NCBI RefSeq assembly: GCF_006345805.1
Contig: NC_042998.1
Coordinates: 141,236,001-141,300,000 of the forward strand
Length of the DNA stretch: 64,000 nucleotides
Reading direction: 5' to 3'
DNA from: Octopus sinensis
Taxonomy: Eukaryota
Positions 1 through 13,515 of the stretch are shown here, piece by piece. Numbering within the stretch: the stretch's first letter is position 1; each line of letters starts with the position of its first letter. A model generated the notes under the pieces. The model had not been told where the DNA came from. It ran no database searches and saw only the letters and a list, made by a program, of their open reading frames with translations. The translations under genes were made by a program, and so were the position numbers.

Positions 1-9
1 ATATATATA

Positions 10-218
10 TCATCATCATCATTTAACATCTGCTTTCCATGCTAGTATGGATTGGATGATTTGACTGAGGTCTGGCGAACCAGATGGTTGCACCAGACTC
101 CAATCTGATCCGGCAGAGTTTCTACAGCTGGATGCCCTTCCTAACGCCGACCACTCCAAGTGTGTAGTGGGTGCTTTTATGTGCCACCGGCACGAGGGCC
201 AGTCAGGCGGTACTGGCA
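10..218 (-). mobile_element. SINE/RTE-tail repeat family C
   Basis: Reverse complement carries GGCGTTAGGAAGGGCATCCAGCTGTAGAAAC...GCATGGAAAGC and a (GAT)n tail; close to the copies at 16957 and 6715. Confidence 0.75.
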
Positions 219-683
219 TATATATATATATATACACATATATATATATGTATATATATATTGTGTGTGTTGGTACCTCCTTGTCTTGATATTGCATGAT
301 AGTTACTGTCATACAAGCAGCGTCACTCATCTCCAATCTTCTGTGAAAACATATTCACTCATTGGGAAAATATTACCTTGCTTGAGAACAAGTGAGGGTT
401 GGTGACAGAAAAGGCATTCAGCCTTATAAAATTTGTCTCAGTAAATTCTGTCTTACCCATGCAAGCAAACAAGGGAAAGTGGATACTAAATGATGAATCA
501 ATGACATTCTTTTGAATTGTAAGAAGCTTTTCCAAACAAACTCATTTTACAAACACCACAGTGCTTCAAGCAAACTACAGCATTGCCAAATTTGGTAGAA
601 ACCTTAGAATAATTAAATATTTTGTTTTATTGTTTATGTTGCAAAATGCTATTCCACAAATATTTCTTTAACAGTTCCATCAG

Positions 684-747
684 GCATGCAATAATTTTGA
701 AGTGTTAGTCTTTGGAAAAAACTTTCAGTCACAGTTTTTACCAGAAG
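684..747 (+). CDS. KRTCAP2: KRTCAP2 internal coding exon (ACNNFEVLVFGKNFQSQFLPE+g)
   Basis: catcag|GCA acceptor and GAAG|gtaagt donor; 64 nt; matches the [21 protein letters not shown] segment of human KRTCAP2 as I recall it; phase joins the next exon. Confidence 0.93.
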
Positions 748-850
748 GTAAGTAGCAAATATTTGATATATTCTTACCATGATACATCCATGTTGCAGTA
801 GGTGTAAATGTGATGTAAACTAATTTCATTTTAGATTATAATAATGGTTT

Positions 851-952
851 GGCATGGTTTTGTGGATAAGAAGTTTACTTCCCAATGACATGGCTTTGGG
901 TTCAATACCACTGCCTGGTATCTTTCAGTGAGTGTCTTCTGCTATAGTCCTG
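851..952 (+). mobile_element. tRNA-derived CORE-like SINE family B, 5' fragment
   Basis: Degenerate A/B boxes (gggttcaatacc) followed by gtgtcttctgctatagtcc shared with other B copies. Confidence 0.55.
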
Positions 953-1461
953 TATATATATATATATATTATATATATGTGTGTGTGTGCGTGCCTGTCC
1001 ATCTGTATGTATGCATCACTAAAACTTGAGAACTACCTGACAAATTCCCTTTAAATTTTACACATGCGATACTTAAAGTTCATGCAGTGTCATGGGCCAA
1101 AAAAATGTTCAGCTTCTTGCCTAATGTGAACCCGGAGCAATATCTTATCTCTTACACTATTTCAGTATTACATGTCAAAAGTGAAACATTAATTTTGAAA
1201 CACTGCAGTATTTTAACATCTCCATACACCAGTGAATCATATGTATAAACACACATAGTTTGAAGGAAGGAGCTGTTTTGTATTCACAAAAAAACCCACA
1301 ATGATCAGATATTTACATTCAAAATTGCCAGAACATATCAATAATGAATATATACATTATTGCTTGAATTCTTGTTCATAGATACGCATTATAAATTACT
1401 TTTATCTTCTTTTCTATATAAGATACCTTGAGTCTTTGATGCCTTCAAAATGGTAGGTTTG

Positions 1462-1661
1462 AAATTTTGGTACAAGGCCAGTAAGTTTGGGAGATGGGGT
1501 TAGTCAATTATATTGAACCCAGTGCTCAACTGGTACTTAATTTATCGATTCCAAAAGGATGAAAGGCAAAGTTGACCTCGGTGGAATTTGAACTCAGAAC
1601 GTAAAGACAGATGAAATGCCGCTAAGCATTTTGCACGATGTGCTAACAATTCTGCCAGCTT
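1462..1661 (-). mobile_element. tRNA-derived SINE family A
   Basis: Head GCTGGCAGAATTGTTAGC, B-box GAGTTCAAATT, central CCGAGGTCAACTTTGCCTTTCATCC block shared by more than 12 copies in the window. Confidence 0.85.
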
Positions 1662-1742
1662 GATATCTTTGTGTGCCACTAATATTAAAATACCATTTCA
1701 CTCCTGTTGTAATCATTTGATATCATTTCAGTGATTTAGGAA

Positions 1743-2011
1743 AGGTGCATAGCTGAGTGGTTAGGGCACTTGGCTCACTATCGTATGGTTGTGAGTTCAA
1801 TAGCTGGCAGTATGTTATGTCCTTGAGCAAGACACTTTATTTCATGTTGCTCCAGTCCACTCAGCTGGCAAAAATGAATAGTACCTGTAATTCAAAGGGC
1901 TAGTCTTGTCACACTCTGTCATGCTGAATCTCCTTGAGAACTACGTTAAGGCTACACATGTCTGTGGAGTGCTCAGCCACTTATACGTTAATTTCACGAG
2001 CAGGCTATTCC
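1743..2011 (+). mobile_element. tRNA-derived SINE with CORE-like domain (family E)
   Basis: A-box TAGCTGAGTGG, B-box-like GAGTTCAAT, CORE-like GTCCTTGAGCAAGACACTT. Confidence 0.7.
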
Positions 2012-2044
2012 CGGTGGAGTGCCAGTTAGTTCTGTCAATGATTT

Positions 2045-2256
2045 AAGGCTGAATCATTAACACCCAGATAAAATGTTTAGCAGCATTTCTTCCAGCTTTT
2101 TTATGTTCTGAGCTCAGATACATCCGAGGTCAGCTTTGGCTTTCGTCCCTTTATGGTTGATAAAATAAAGTAGCAGTCAAGTACAGGGGCTGGCATAATC
2201 AATTAACTCCCTCCTCTCAAAACTGCTGGTCTTGTGTACCAAAATTTGGAACCATT
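2045..2256 (+). mobile_element. SINE family A, diverged copy
   Basis: CCGAGGTCAGCTTTGGCTTTCGTCC central block and ctggtcttgtgtaccaaaattt tail. Confidence 0.65.
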
Positions 2257-2328
2257 GTTTCAGTAAATAAATTAGTGATTATTTCTTTTAATTGTTTCTA
2301 ATTAACAATAATTTAATTCTATTTTCAG

Positions 2329-2395
2329 TTGTGTCTTGTTTATTTTTGGCAATGTTTGCTTCGGGATTAATCCACAGAGTTTGTGTAACAACATG
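2329..2395 (+). CDS. KRTCAP2: KRTCAP2 internal coding exon (VVSCLFLAMFASGLIHRVCVTTC)
   Basis: attttcag|TT acceptor and ACATG|gtaag donor; 67 nt; contains the hallmark FASGLIHRVCVTTC. Confidence 0.96.
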
Positions 2396-3048
2396 GTAAG
2401 ATTAATTCTTTAAAAATCTACATTTTGCCATTGTTTTCTCAGATTGTTATACGACTTGATTCCTTTTCTCAATGGGAAACAAGGTATCGTTGGTTTCCCT
2501 GTCATGGCTGGACATGTTTGGATGGAAGATTAGAAATGAAGAACACCACTTGTATAACAGTGATACTCATTTACATCTATCACATGTTATAAGAAAGAGA
2601 CACAAATGCATGCTTCCATATGTGTGCACGTGCATGCGTGCACACACACACACATACACACTTATACTCACAGACACACATACACACTCATACTTACAGA
2701 CAGACACACACACATTCATGAATGAAGTTTAAGATTTTGGGAGTATTCTCACAAGAGTCAGAAACGAAATGGAAAACATTGACCAGAAACTGCTGCATTT
2801 TACACATGTCACTTGCTCAATTTAAAACAAATAAATAAACATTTTCTTTGATAACTTTCATGTAATATTTCCAAATATATTCAAACAGTGAATATTTCAA
2901 GAGAAAATAGATTCAGATTAACAGCTGAATGATTGGAAATGTGAGACTCTGAGAACTAGATTTAGGAGCCTTTCAGTTATTATGTTTTAAAGAATACTCT
3001 ACAATTATGTATTGAGTTCTGTAATTTATCACATATAAGTGAATCAAC

Positions 3049-3114
<66 letters not shown>

Positions 3115-5933
3115 ATATATATACACACACAAACATACAGATATATGTGTGTGTGTAAATATGTATATGTATATATATTCGGCAAATAAGAAAATGGAGA
3201 GAATACAAAACAACATACATCATCTGGCAGACATTCCAGTGTGTCTATTTATTCCAAAGCATTAGAAAGTATTAGAAGAAGAAAACATACACATGTTGTA
3301 ACTCATGCATTTGTGTCTCTTTCTTATAACATGTGATAGATGTAAATACACAAACATGTATTAATATTACAGAAAAGAGCAAAAGATCAGTTCCTTATGG
3401 CTGTTTCTGCCAAGAGGCAACAAAATCCTCCATGTCATCTCCATCTCTTAAGTGTTCTGTTGGGATGGGCAGATAAAGTTGGGATGATGAGTGTGCCTCT
3501 AGTCTTCTTCAGAGGGTCTAAGTGGTTAGGAGGGCTAATACATATAATAAACAGTTAACAATAGGTACAGTGTATTTGTCATTATTAAAAAGGGCAGAAA
3601 AAGAATAGGAGCAGACATGAGGCTGTGAGAGAAGTATAATTTATTAAAATGAATTAGGTATAGGAAGGGGAAATAAGCTACAAACTTCCCATGATGTATT
3701 CCAGGATCCATGTTATCTCGTCCAATGGTGGATAGGTGAGTATAGTCACTCTTGAGAGGAGTTTTTAGGAAGGGTGAATTTAGGTAGTAGTTCGCATTAT
3801 GTTTACATAGAAATACAGTGGTGGATTTGAAAGTGTGGTTCATGTTCTGGAGGTGAAAGTTCATATATAAAATGCCTGCTAGTAGGTGCAATGTTGCGGA
3901 TGGTATGGCTTAAAAAGCCTATGATGGTGAGACAATCATGGGAAAATTTGGAATATAAGTGTACTAGTGAGAGTAAGGAACCAGGTGATGACTAAAATGT
4001 GGTGTTAGTGTCTGTTATTTTTTTGCCAATCAACAAGTCTCTGAATCCCTATGTGTAGTGAGTGGGGTGGGGTCATGATCAGTCCTACAGCCTAATTAGT
4101 TTTTTTTTCTCTTTTGAAAACCATGGCGTGGTTCCGGTTCGTTAATGGTTAACAGTTAAGACAAAAATAAATGTATAAACCATTGCCAGTATGGGCAAGT
4201 AAAAGAGAAAAATAGAATTAAAACCAAATAAATAAGTAAATGCGATAACTAAAATAATAGAACTAAAGAAGAGGATCCTAAAGGACAGCATAAGGAAAGG
4301 AAAAGAGTATAAACATATAAAAATATAAAACATATATCTATCTATTGGGGGAATCTACTGTATATGGTTATATGTAATATAGGAGCTGGAAAGGGGATTC
4401 ATTGTCGTCGGAAGGCAGAAGAAGGAAGAATCCATGAATAGGGACAAAAATGGACTGGACCAGAAGGGTAGTCGTAGTTTGTTTTGCTAACTTATAGTTA
4501 TTTAGTGCTAAAACTTATACTAGTAAAATATAGAATATTAGATATAAAGTATCAGAGGAATGGCACTGTGTTATAGTATTAAATTATTAAGTTATTTTAT
4601 TTAAAAGGGGTAGTTTGAAAATGTTTACATGGATACACACACACACACACAGCTAAAGGGGAGTAACCCGAGTATTTCTAGCTACTTAAATTAATTAGAT
4701 ATTAATTAATTCCGTATTGGAATAGTACTCATTTAGATCTAAGGGAAGAGGTCATATTAGTTGCAGATGCAAATCGAAGGTATTTGTGTTCAGGTAAGGG
4801 TGTCAGCTATGAGGTGTAGACATCTATGGATTATGATGTATTAGGTGGTTTTAGCTATAGTAAATTGCTTTATATTATACTCAATTATCTGATTGTACAT
4901 AATTGTTTATATTTATAATTAAAGCTTGTGGACAGTGTGCTATATTATTATTATTCCTCTGCTCATTTCTTGGGTGCATTTTAATTACTAGGTGCTAGTA
5001 TGTATGATGAACTAATCCTGTGTGTATTTACTAAAGGTTCATAATAGAGAGGTTCTTAGCCACAGTGTATAAGCCATGTTTATGTAGAGTATTCCTAGTA
5101 GGAGTATGGAGTAACATACCCTTGGTAGACTAAAATGATGGAGTATTACTATCTGTACCTGTCTATACTTATACTCCAGCAATCATACATACGAATATAT
5201 CTACAGACCCACATATGCTCCTATACTAATACTAATCAGGTATATGTTCACACCCATATCCCTCTGTGTACACCATTATATACATGCAAATCCATACTGG
5301 CCCTTACCCACACCCTTATCTCCACACATGCGTATATCTATTTCCACAATTATGGATACATTTGTGTGCAAACATCTAAGAATCTGTGGCTTCTTACATA
5401 GTCTCTCATATATACCTATATAAATGTGCATATATGTATACATACACATGCCCATACTTATATCTATATAAGCCTGTATATACATACACACACACAAAAA
5501 TGTGTATATATAAACACAAACACACATACACATCCATATATATAAACATACCATACATACACACACACATACATATACATGTATATATACACTCAAACAA
5601 TGCACACTCTTACATACAGGCACAATACACGTATTCACCTATACATGCATAGCCCTATACCTACATATACTTACATACACAGAAATAGGGTTACAATCGT
5701 ATGTATTTATATGTGTGCACACACATGCATAGATACAAACATACATGTATACATATATACATTCGCACACGCAGCATACATGCATATATTCGTACATATG
5801 TACATACACTCAAAAGTATATGCAAGCACCTACCTGGAAAAGGTAAATCGTATACTGTTGATTCACTGAGCAGTGATGATACAGAACTCAATAGAGTAAA
5901 TGTACACACACATAGACACACACACACACATGA

Positions 5934-6050
5934 TGGGGCTCCACACGATTTCCATCTACTAAATTCATTCACAAGGCATTAGTTGACCTGGGGTTATAGT
6001 AGAAGTCACTTGCTCCAAGGTACCACACATAGGAACTGAAGGTAATAAAT
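5934..6050 (-). mobile_element. SINE family B, 5' fragment
   Basis: Reverse complement ACCTTGGAGCAAGTGACTTCTACTATAACCCCAGG...GCCTTGTGAATGAATTT. Confidence 0.6.
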
Positions 6051-6714
6051 ACATAGCCATGGTTTAGATTGACCAACAGCATATTAATTTAGATAGTTAA
6101 ATATGTACAAGTTAAGTTCTATATAAGTATTGATGAGAGAGTATATGTCTGTGAGAAAGACAGATTTCATCGTTCCAGTCATCATTGTTGGTATGGGAGG
6201 TAACTCTGGACTTAACATTTGTACGTGTGCAAAGCAATTATTCAGAGAGAAACGGTTAACTCCAACAAACTCCTCATCATCATTGTTTTAATGTCCCTTT
6301 TTCCATACTCACATAGGTTGGATGGAGTTTTTTTAAGCAGATTTTCTATAACCAGGTTTCCTTCCTGCTGCTAACACTTACCTGTTTCCATGAAGAGATA
6401 ATAATTCCCCATGACTAGTCATGTTTTTACAGAATATTGGTAATGAAAGACACTGCTTGTATGACAGTGACACTCATTTACAAGTATCATGTGATCTCCA
6501 AACAAAGTGTCTCAAACATACATATACATACACATGTGGAGGGAAGTTGTGCAAGAGGAAGACATGGGACAAAGTATTAAATGCCGATCTCAAAACACTG
6601 AACCTTACAAAGGAGATGATAGAGGCCTAAGCTAAATGGCACATTGCTATGCTTAAAAAGGCCTGTGCACCACAACAGAATTGAGATCCTAAAACCCAAT
6701 GTACCATGTAAAAA

Positions 6715-7002
6715 CATTGGTGTGAGTGCTGGCACCACATAAAAAACCACTGATTCTGGTGTTACATGAAAAGCACTGGGGCTGGTATCACGTAAAAAGC
6801 ACTGGTGATGGTGTCATGTGAAAAGCACCCAGTACTCTATGGGGTGGTTGGCGTTAGGAAGGGCATCCAATCGTAGAAACGAAGCCAAAACAAACTATGG
6901 AACCTGATGCTGCCTATGGTTTTGCCGTTTCCTACCAAGCCAACCAAACCATACCAGCATGGAAAATGAACGTTAAATGATGACGACGATGATGATGATG
7001 AA
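6715..7002 (+). mobile_element. Repeat family C with an internal 26-bp tandem array
   Basis: Four ~26-bp units (GCTGGTRYCACRTAAAAAGCACT-like), then GGCGTTAGGAAGGGCATCC and a (GAT)n tail. Confidence 0.7.
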
Positions 7003-8439
7003 TCATTGCTTTCCTCATCATTTTAACATGCACTTTTCCTTGCTTGCAAGGATGACAGAATTTGTTGCAGCACATTTTCTACAGCCAGATTGCCCTTCCT
7101 GTCACCAACCCTCACCTGGGACCAGCTTCTAACACATCTGACCCTATCTTGTTTGGTTTCCATAATTACCTTCCAATTGGATATCTTGGTACTTCTTTAT
7201 CTGTCTGTCATCATCAATATACAGCACATGTCCCCACTTCAAATAAAATCTTAAAACAGACTAATGGAATACAAGATATTGAAGTGGAGAAGTAGATATT
7301 AAAAATAACCTCAGAAGGTGTATATTTGAAAGTGGTTGGCTTTTAGAAGTTACATCAAGCTGTAGAAACCAGGCCAAAACAGGTATTGGAGCTTGATGCA
7401 GTGTTATAGTTCTACTAAAATCTGGGATTGACTAATGCTTTATGAGTGAATTTGGTACATGGATACTGTGTGTGTACATGTGTGTTTGTGTTTGTATCTC
7501 ACTACTTGATAATCAGTGTTGGTTTTGTTTACGCCCTTGAAACTTAGCAATTATGCAGAAAAAAAGAAACCATTGGAATAACTACCACACTTGAAATTAT
7601 AAGATTTCTTTCACTAAAACTCATCTTCAAGTTGCTATCCCAGCATGGCTGGATACCTTATATGCTTAAGTAAAGGTAACTCCCCACTCAATTTTTGGTA
7701 AAAAAAAAAATCTAGAATTTTCCATATATCTCGTGTGAAAGTTAACCCTACTTCTTCACAGATAACACTGTTTAACACAGTTTTTGTCCTTGGGTAGCAA
7801 CTGTTATTTCCTGTTTGCTTATTCCTAGAAAGTATGAAAAATGACTAATATTTCCTTCAAATTTTGCTTTGGTTACATTTATTCAAATCCCAAAAAGTCC
7901 TTCTCAACACATAGTTATGATGCTCCCCAACTAGTCCTGTTCACAATCAGAGATGCATATACTGTCCACCACTAAGGAACATGCTCAAGTGGTTAAGGTC
8001 AAGCAACTGACGAGCAAATTTGTGGTACTGAACAGAATATTAGCTATAACGATATTTCTGCTCCTTCAACTCAGTGCTGAATCTGTTTGAAATGTAATGA
8101 AAAATAAGTCAGTTTCAAAACATCAATGTCCAGGTGACAAAAGCAAAGTTTGAAGGGAATAGTAGTCATTTCTTTTGATATCTAGATAGGAGGGAATAGG
8201 AAATAACACTTACTGACCAAAGACAAAAAAAAAAAAATCAAATTTTGTTACATGGTATAATAGATTTGTTGAGTGGGGTGGATATGAATAAAAGATCAAA
8301 TATAAATAGTTATAAGAGCTACACCGTTTTGTTTATTGGTTATTGTTTTGATGTGTAAAAATTAATATTAAATGATGTGTAAAAATTAATTTTAAATATT
8401 GAACAATAAGAAAACTGGAATTACATACTCACCATCATT

Positions 8440-8519
8440 AGCTTATAGTTGTTTCTGCTATAAGAAGCTGTGCATCAGAGCTGAGTGCTTGTGCAACATC
8501 TTGTAGCTTCTTCAGAGCC
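8440..8519 (-). ncRNA. Degenerate type I hammerhead ribozyme (PLE-type), antisense in the last KRTCAP2 intron
   Basis: GGCT-CUGAAGA-A-GCTA..TAGC-A-GAAA-CAACTA-UA-AGCT: core and stems I/II present; stem III broken (probably from CAGCTG). Confidence 0.5.
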
Positions 8520-8683
8520 ATTAAGATTGCTAATGTAAGCTAAGGAAGTTGATTATGTACTTTCCTGTTCCTTTGTCATTCAATAATTAATAGTAAGTAA
8601 TATGTATATATTGGTTTATCTAACAAAATTTTATTTTATTTTTAATCTAATCTTTCATTCTCTTACTTTTCCTCTTTTTTCAG

Positions 8684-8783
8684 CTTCATATTCTCCGTCA
8701 TAGCATTGTACTTCATCAACAGGTTGTCAATGACAATTTATGCTCCTCCACCAGTTGTTGTGGCTTCCAAGAAACGGAAGTGA
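8684..8783 (+). CDS. KRTCAP2: KRTCAP2 last coding exon (CFIFSVIALYFINRLSMTIYAPPPVVVASKKRK*)
   Basis: Long polypyrimidine tract + cag|C; in phase with the previous exon; TGA at 8781-8783; C-terminal KKxx ER-retrieval motif (KKRK) as in vertebrate KRTCAP2. Confidence 0.95.
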
Positions 8784-8831
8784 TGTAATTTTCAACTTTA
8801 ATGCTATTTCTTGCTTTTACTTTTTACTGCT

Positions 8832-8941
8832 AATAAACATTTTGGAAAGTAAAAAAACAAAAAACAAACTATTCTTTTTGTGTATTTTTTCCTTTTTACT
8901 TTGTTGTATCATAGGACGGTCATTATGCCTGTAATAATAAA
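8832..8941 (+). promoter_or_regulatory. Candidate polyadenylation signals of KRTCAP2 (AATAAA at 8832-8837 and 8936-8941)
   Basis: Two AATAAA hexamers 49 and 153 nt after the stop; AT-rich background makes chance hits possible. Confidence 0.4.
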
Positions 8942-9827
8942 CACACACACTGGTTCTATTTCACTTCTTATTTATTTGCCAATTGGTTAACCATTTAACC
9001 AATTAACTAATAAATTTTTGATTAATCATTTGGTCAATCAATTATTCAGTTAAGTTTGTTAAAGTCCTTTTTCCACCATTTGCAACCTTATAAATTACAT
9101 ACCCTTCTGGTCTGTCTGAGACAGACTTTGACAAACCTTACTGATTGCTTGACTTGATTAAACCGTAAGCATTCAGATTACTCTATTACATGTAATGCTT
9201 ATTGATTCAAATTGTTTTGAATTAATCATGTTTTATCTCATAGCTTTCAATGATGTGATTGTTTACTTTTAGAATGACATTGCAGAGTAGTTGTGCAAGG
9301 CCTGATCAGGTCAGTTTGAACACAGAACAAGTAGAATATTTGGGCCTGATATGGCTGGCTTGAATGTTAATGCATAAAATAAACACTAAAGAAGTGAAAC
9401 TGAACCAGTGCATGTATTTATTATTGGCATAACAATCCTCCCAAGATACAACAAGATATGTTTCAACACATAAGTTTGAATCAAGAATCTTGTGAACTAA
9501 ATGCAAAATGAAAATTTCCTTTTTACATTTTTATTATATTTCACTTTTTGCAAAAATTCCAAAATTCATTGTCATCATCATCATCATCATCATCATCCTA
9601 TTGAGATGAAATTCATTGTGGCAGATTTTTCTTCAACCAGATACTTATCCTGTCATGAATCCTCACTTGTTTTCTTAGCAAGGTATTATATTGCCTCATA
9701 GCCCAATATGTTTTCATGGAAGACTAGAAACAAACAACACTGATCTCACAGTAGTGATGCTGATGGCAGTTACGCGATGTAAAAACAAATAGTCATGCAT
9801 ACAAACAACCATACATACACAATGGGA

Positions 9828-9950
9828 TTCTTTTTAGTTTCCATCTTCCAAATCAATTCACAAAGCTTTGGTTGACTATAACTAGTAGAAGACAGCTGTC
9901 TAAGGTGCAGCAAAATGAGACTGAATCTGAAACTAAGTGGCTGGGGAACA
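9828..9950 (-). mobile_element. SINE family B, 5' fragment
   Basis: Shares the ACCTTAGACAGCTGTCTTCTACTAG..CCAAAGCTTTGTGAATTGATTTGG block with B copies. Confidence 0.55.
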
Positions 9951-10319
9951 ATAATCTACTATAATAATACTCTTCTGTTTTTCTCTGTCACAACATATGA
10001 ATGAGAAAGGAAGGGGTGACAGATGAATAAAGAAGGACGGGGTGGTGGCAAACTTAGTGGGAGCGTTTCAACTTGGTGAGAATATGTAAAAGGGAGGTAT
10101 GTGAGTGTATGTGTGTGTGCAATAGGAGTGAGATAGTGAACATTCAATACTGAAAAACAAAATCAAACAGTGTTTCAACTTTGAGTATATGTGTGTATGT
10201 ATGTGCATGTACAAGGGAAGTATGTATATGTTTGTGTGAACCAGCATTCTTTCAGTAACAAATGATGATCAATGTCACATCTCAAACGACAACCACCAGA
10301 TAACATTGATGAGTGAGGT

Positions 10320-11097
10320 AAACTGGGAGATAACAGTTTATTCCAAGTGGCTGCATTCAGCTTCTACTATAGCCTCAAGACAGCCCCAGAACCTGGTGCA
10401 TGCTTTCCTAACTGTGTCTTTGGAAAGATCTTTGAACACTTCCTTGGTCTTAGTCATCAGGTCAGCCTTGGTGTTGCAGGAAGAGCAGTTGATATCTTTA
10501 TCAACCATGTCCCATACATAGTAATCCATAGAATTACAAGTGGGAAAATTAGGAGGGCAGAAATTGGAACTGTGAAGTTGTAGAAATTCTCTGACACCAC
10601 TTCTGATTCTTTCAGGAGTTATGACAAGGTGGCAAATCCTGCTGTCAGACATATGGCCTCTCAGCAGCAACCTTCTTCAGTCAGGGATTGATCAGTGTCC
10701 AGTCGCTTCACATAACCATCTGAATTTATTCTATGGCTATGTTCATCAGTTGTTGGATGAATTCGGGCTTCTGGCCACTGTCAGAAAGTTTACTGTGTCC
10801 CTTCCTGCTGGCCACAGCTTCATAGTCACCATTCCAGCTATCCATGTCAAGTCTTACAGCCTTTACAATGTTCACAGAGCATTGAGCAGCAGTCATGGCA
10901 TTTGACAGCTAATATGAATCACCATGATTCAGGCAACTCTTTGCCAGTATTCAGATGGTTTCAAGTCCTCCATGCTGGCTAACTTTTCTCAACTACAAGT
11001 TTAATCTTTATGTTCTCCAATGATGTTCACCAATACATCAAGCTGTTCCTGAAAAAAGGAAACATTAAAATTTGTGAAATTTTGCTCGAACATCCTG
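10320..11097 (-). mobile_element. maT-type (DD37D) Tc1/mariner deletion derivative
   Basis: TA+CAGGATGTTCGAGCAAAATT terminus at 11097; reconstructed QQD...(37 aa)...MDYYVW across stops/frameshifts; C-terminus RKACTRFWGCLEAIVEAE. Confidence 0.75.
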
Positions 11098-11272
11098 TAT
11101 ATATATGTATGCATGAATGTATGTATGTAAATGCATGTATACACACACACACATATATATAATGGATAATAAAACGAATGGTTTACATCTGGTAGCTCAC
11201 TGGTAAAGCACAGTCACTTTTAGAGTGCAAAAGTACATTTATATGCGTGTAGGCATTTCAATAGTCATTCAG

Positions 11273-11273
<1 letters not shown>

Positions 11274-11349
<76 letters not shown>

Positions 11350-11424
11350 GTATATATATATATGTATGTATATATGTATATATATATATATGTATGTATA
11401 TATGTATATATATATATATATATG

Positions 11425-11480
<56 letters not shown>

Positions 11481-11489
11481 CACATATAC

Positions 11490-11520
<31 letters not shown>

Positions 11521-11523
11521 CAT

Positions 11524-11560
<37 letters not shown>

Positions 11561-11715
11561 CACATATATACATATATATATGTGTGTATATTTATATGCA
11601 TATATATGTAGGTATATATATGTATATATATATATATAATAATATAAATAATATTTATATATATATATATATATGCATATATACATACATATACGTACAT
11701 ACTTACATATATATG
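11274..11715. repeat. (TA)n/(TACA)n/(CA)n compound microsatellite
   Basis: Read directly; source of several spurious YI-rich ORFs. Confidence 0.95.
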
Positions 11716-12657
11716 TATATACATATGCATATGTGGGCACAGGATTTCATAAAACATAAACAACAAAAAATACGAAGTATGAGGACATGGAATAAGGTCT
11801 TTTTTGCAAGCAACGAAAGAAACAAATGGAAAACAAGACAAGCAACACAAGGAACGACCCTTCATCAGTTGTCAGCTGTTTTTCTAGTGCGTATCTCAAG
11901 CAATTCATGACAAGATACGCCTTCGATAAAACTGTTGCTCCCGCAAAGCAAATTAATTAAAATTTACAATCTTGCGAAGGGTAAAATTTGGTGACAAAAA
12001 CAGGACAGTGAAAACAAATAGGAAGTGGTTATGGTGGCGAACCCGAAGAAACAAGTCTGGACAGGAGACAGAGAACAATACGTCTTCCCTGTCCGGCTGA
12101 AGCATGAACAAAGAAAGAAACACAAGTTGGGAGAATAGCTGATGGTCACGTGGGGGGCCATGTGAGCAATGGAAGAAGAGTGAGGGAGAGAGAGTGACAG
12201 ACAGAAAGCTGTGAAGTTGAGAGGAAAAGATTTGGAGACAGGATAAGAGAGAAAAATGAGAGAGGGAGAGAAGGGGAGGCAAAAGAAAGAAAGAGAGAAA
12301 ACAAAAGAGTAGGATAGAATAGTGGGAGAACAGGAGGCAAAAGAACAAGAGAAAGGTAGAGAGAAAGCGAAAGAGCAAAAGGATGGAATAGTGGAGGAAG
12401 AGAGAAAAAATAAAAGAATAATAGAAGGAACGCATCGGAGTAATTAAGATAAAACTTACTCAGAAAAGGATTTGTGGTGTTCAATCATATAATAATATAA
12501 ATAATATACATACATATACATGCATATATATATATATACATATATATAGACACATATACACATACATATACACATATATTACACACATATACATATATAC
12601 ACACATATATATATATACATATATATACATATATACATATATACATATATATACATA

Positions 12658-12783
<126 letters not shown>

Positions 12784-13324
12784 AGTAGGTATGTAAGTAG
12801 GTGGATATGTAGGTAGGTAGGTTGGTAGGTATGCATGTAAGTGTGCAGGGGCAGACAATCTCATAAGAAAAATAAAGTAATTCAGTAATTAGTAAAATTA
12901 TAAGAAAACAAAGAAAGAAATAGCTTGCTCTCCCCAAAATACTTGCCTCACCTCAAGCCCCTGACAATCGACATGATGTCACTAAATCTTGGTAATAGAT
13001 CTAATGAGGCATTTGAGCAGTTCAACTAATTCATTTTCTGGGTGATTCTGCAGTGAGCTTAGACATTTTTTCTTTGTAATTCAATACTGTGTATTCAGTG
13101 CAAGCAATGGGTGTGCACTAAATTGTGCAGTAGAATCTCTTGGTGGGTGGCAGGCGGGCTGGCTGGGTTTGCTAGGTTTGCTGGGTTGGCTGGTAGAGCA
13201 TCGTGACTTGAGATGTAAACCTGGGAATGTTATCAATTAGATGCAATCTATGAACTGTTTGAGATGCCTCATCAGATGGAGATGATTGACAAAACATTTT
13301 TCCTGTCTATGCACACACATACTA

Positions 13325-13357
13325 ATGGTGGCGGCGGTGGTGGTGGTGGTGGTGACG

Positions 13358-13388
<31 letters not shown>

Positions 13389-13433
13389 CAGTAGCAGTAG
13401 TGGCAGTAGCAGCAATAGTAGTAGTTGCAGTGA

Positions 13434-13465
<32 letters not shown>

Positions 13466-13515
13466 ACATCATCATCATCACCATCAGTAGTAGTAGTAGT
13501 AGCAGCAGCAGCAGT
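13325..13515. repeat. Compound trinucleotide microsatellite (GGT)(GCA)(GTA)(ATC)(GTA)(GCA)
   Basis: Read directly. Confidence 0.95.

Noticed and set aside
6720-6830. CRISPR-like short repeats (also 37149-37222)
   Set aside because: Contiguous units without unique spacers, no cas genes, and a eukaryotic TE context.
11780-11900. CUGAUGA on - (and the related + copy at ~51240) as a hammerhead
   Set aside because: No GAAA-stem III-UH at a plausible distance downstream; treated as an unclassified repeat.
11225-11910. Many long YI/CV/HT-rich ORFs (also at 5.1-5.9, 20.2, 37.5, 42.3-43.9, 47.8 and 60.7 kb)
   Set aside because: They are translations of dinucleotide/tetranucleotide microsatellites, with no splice or homology support.
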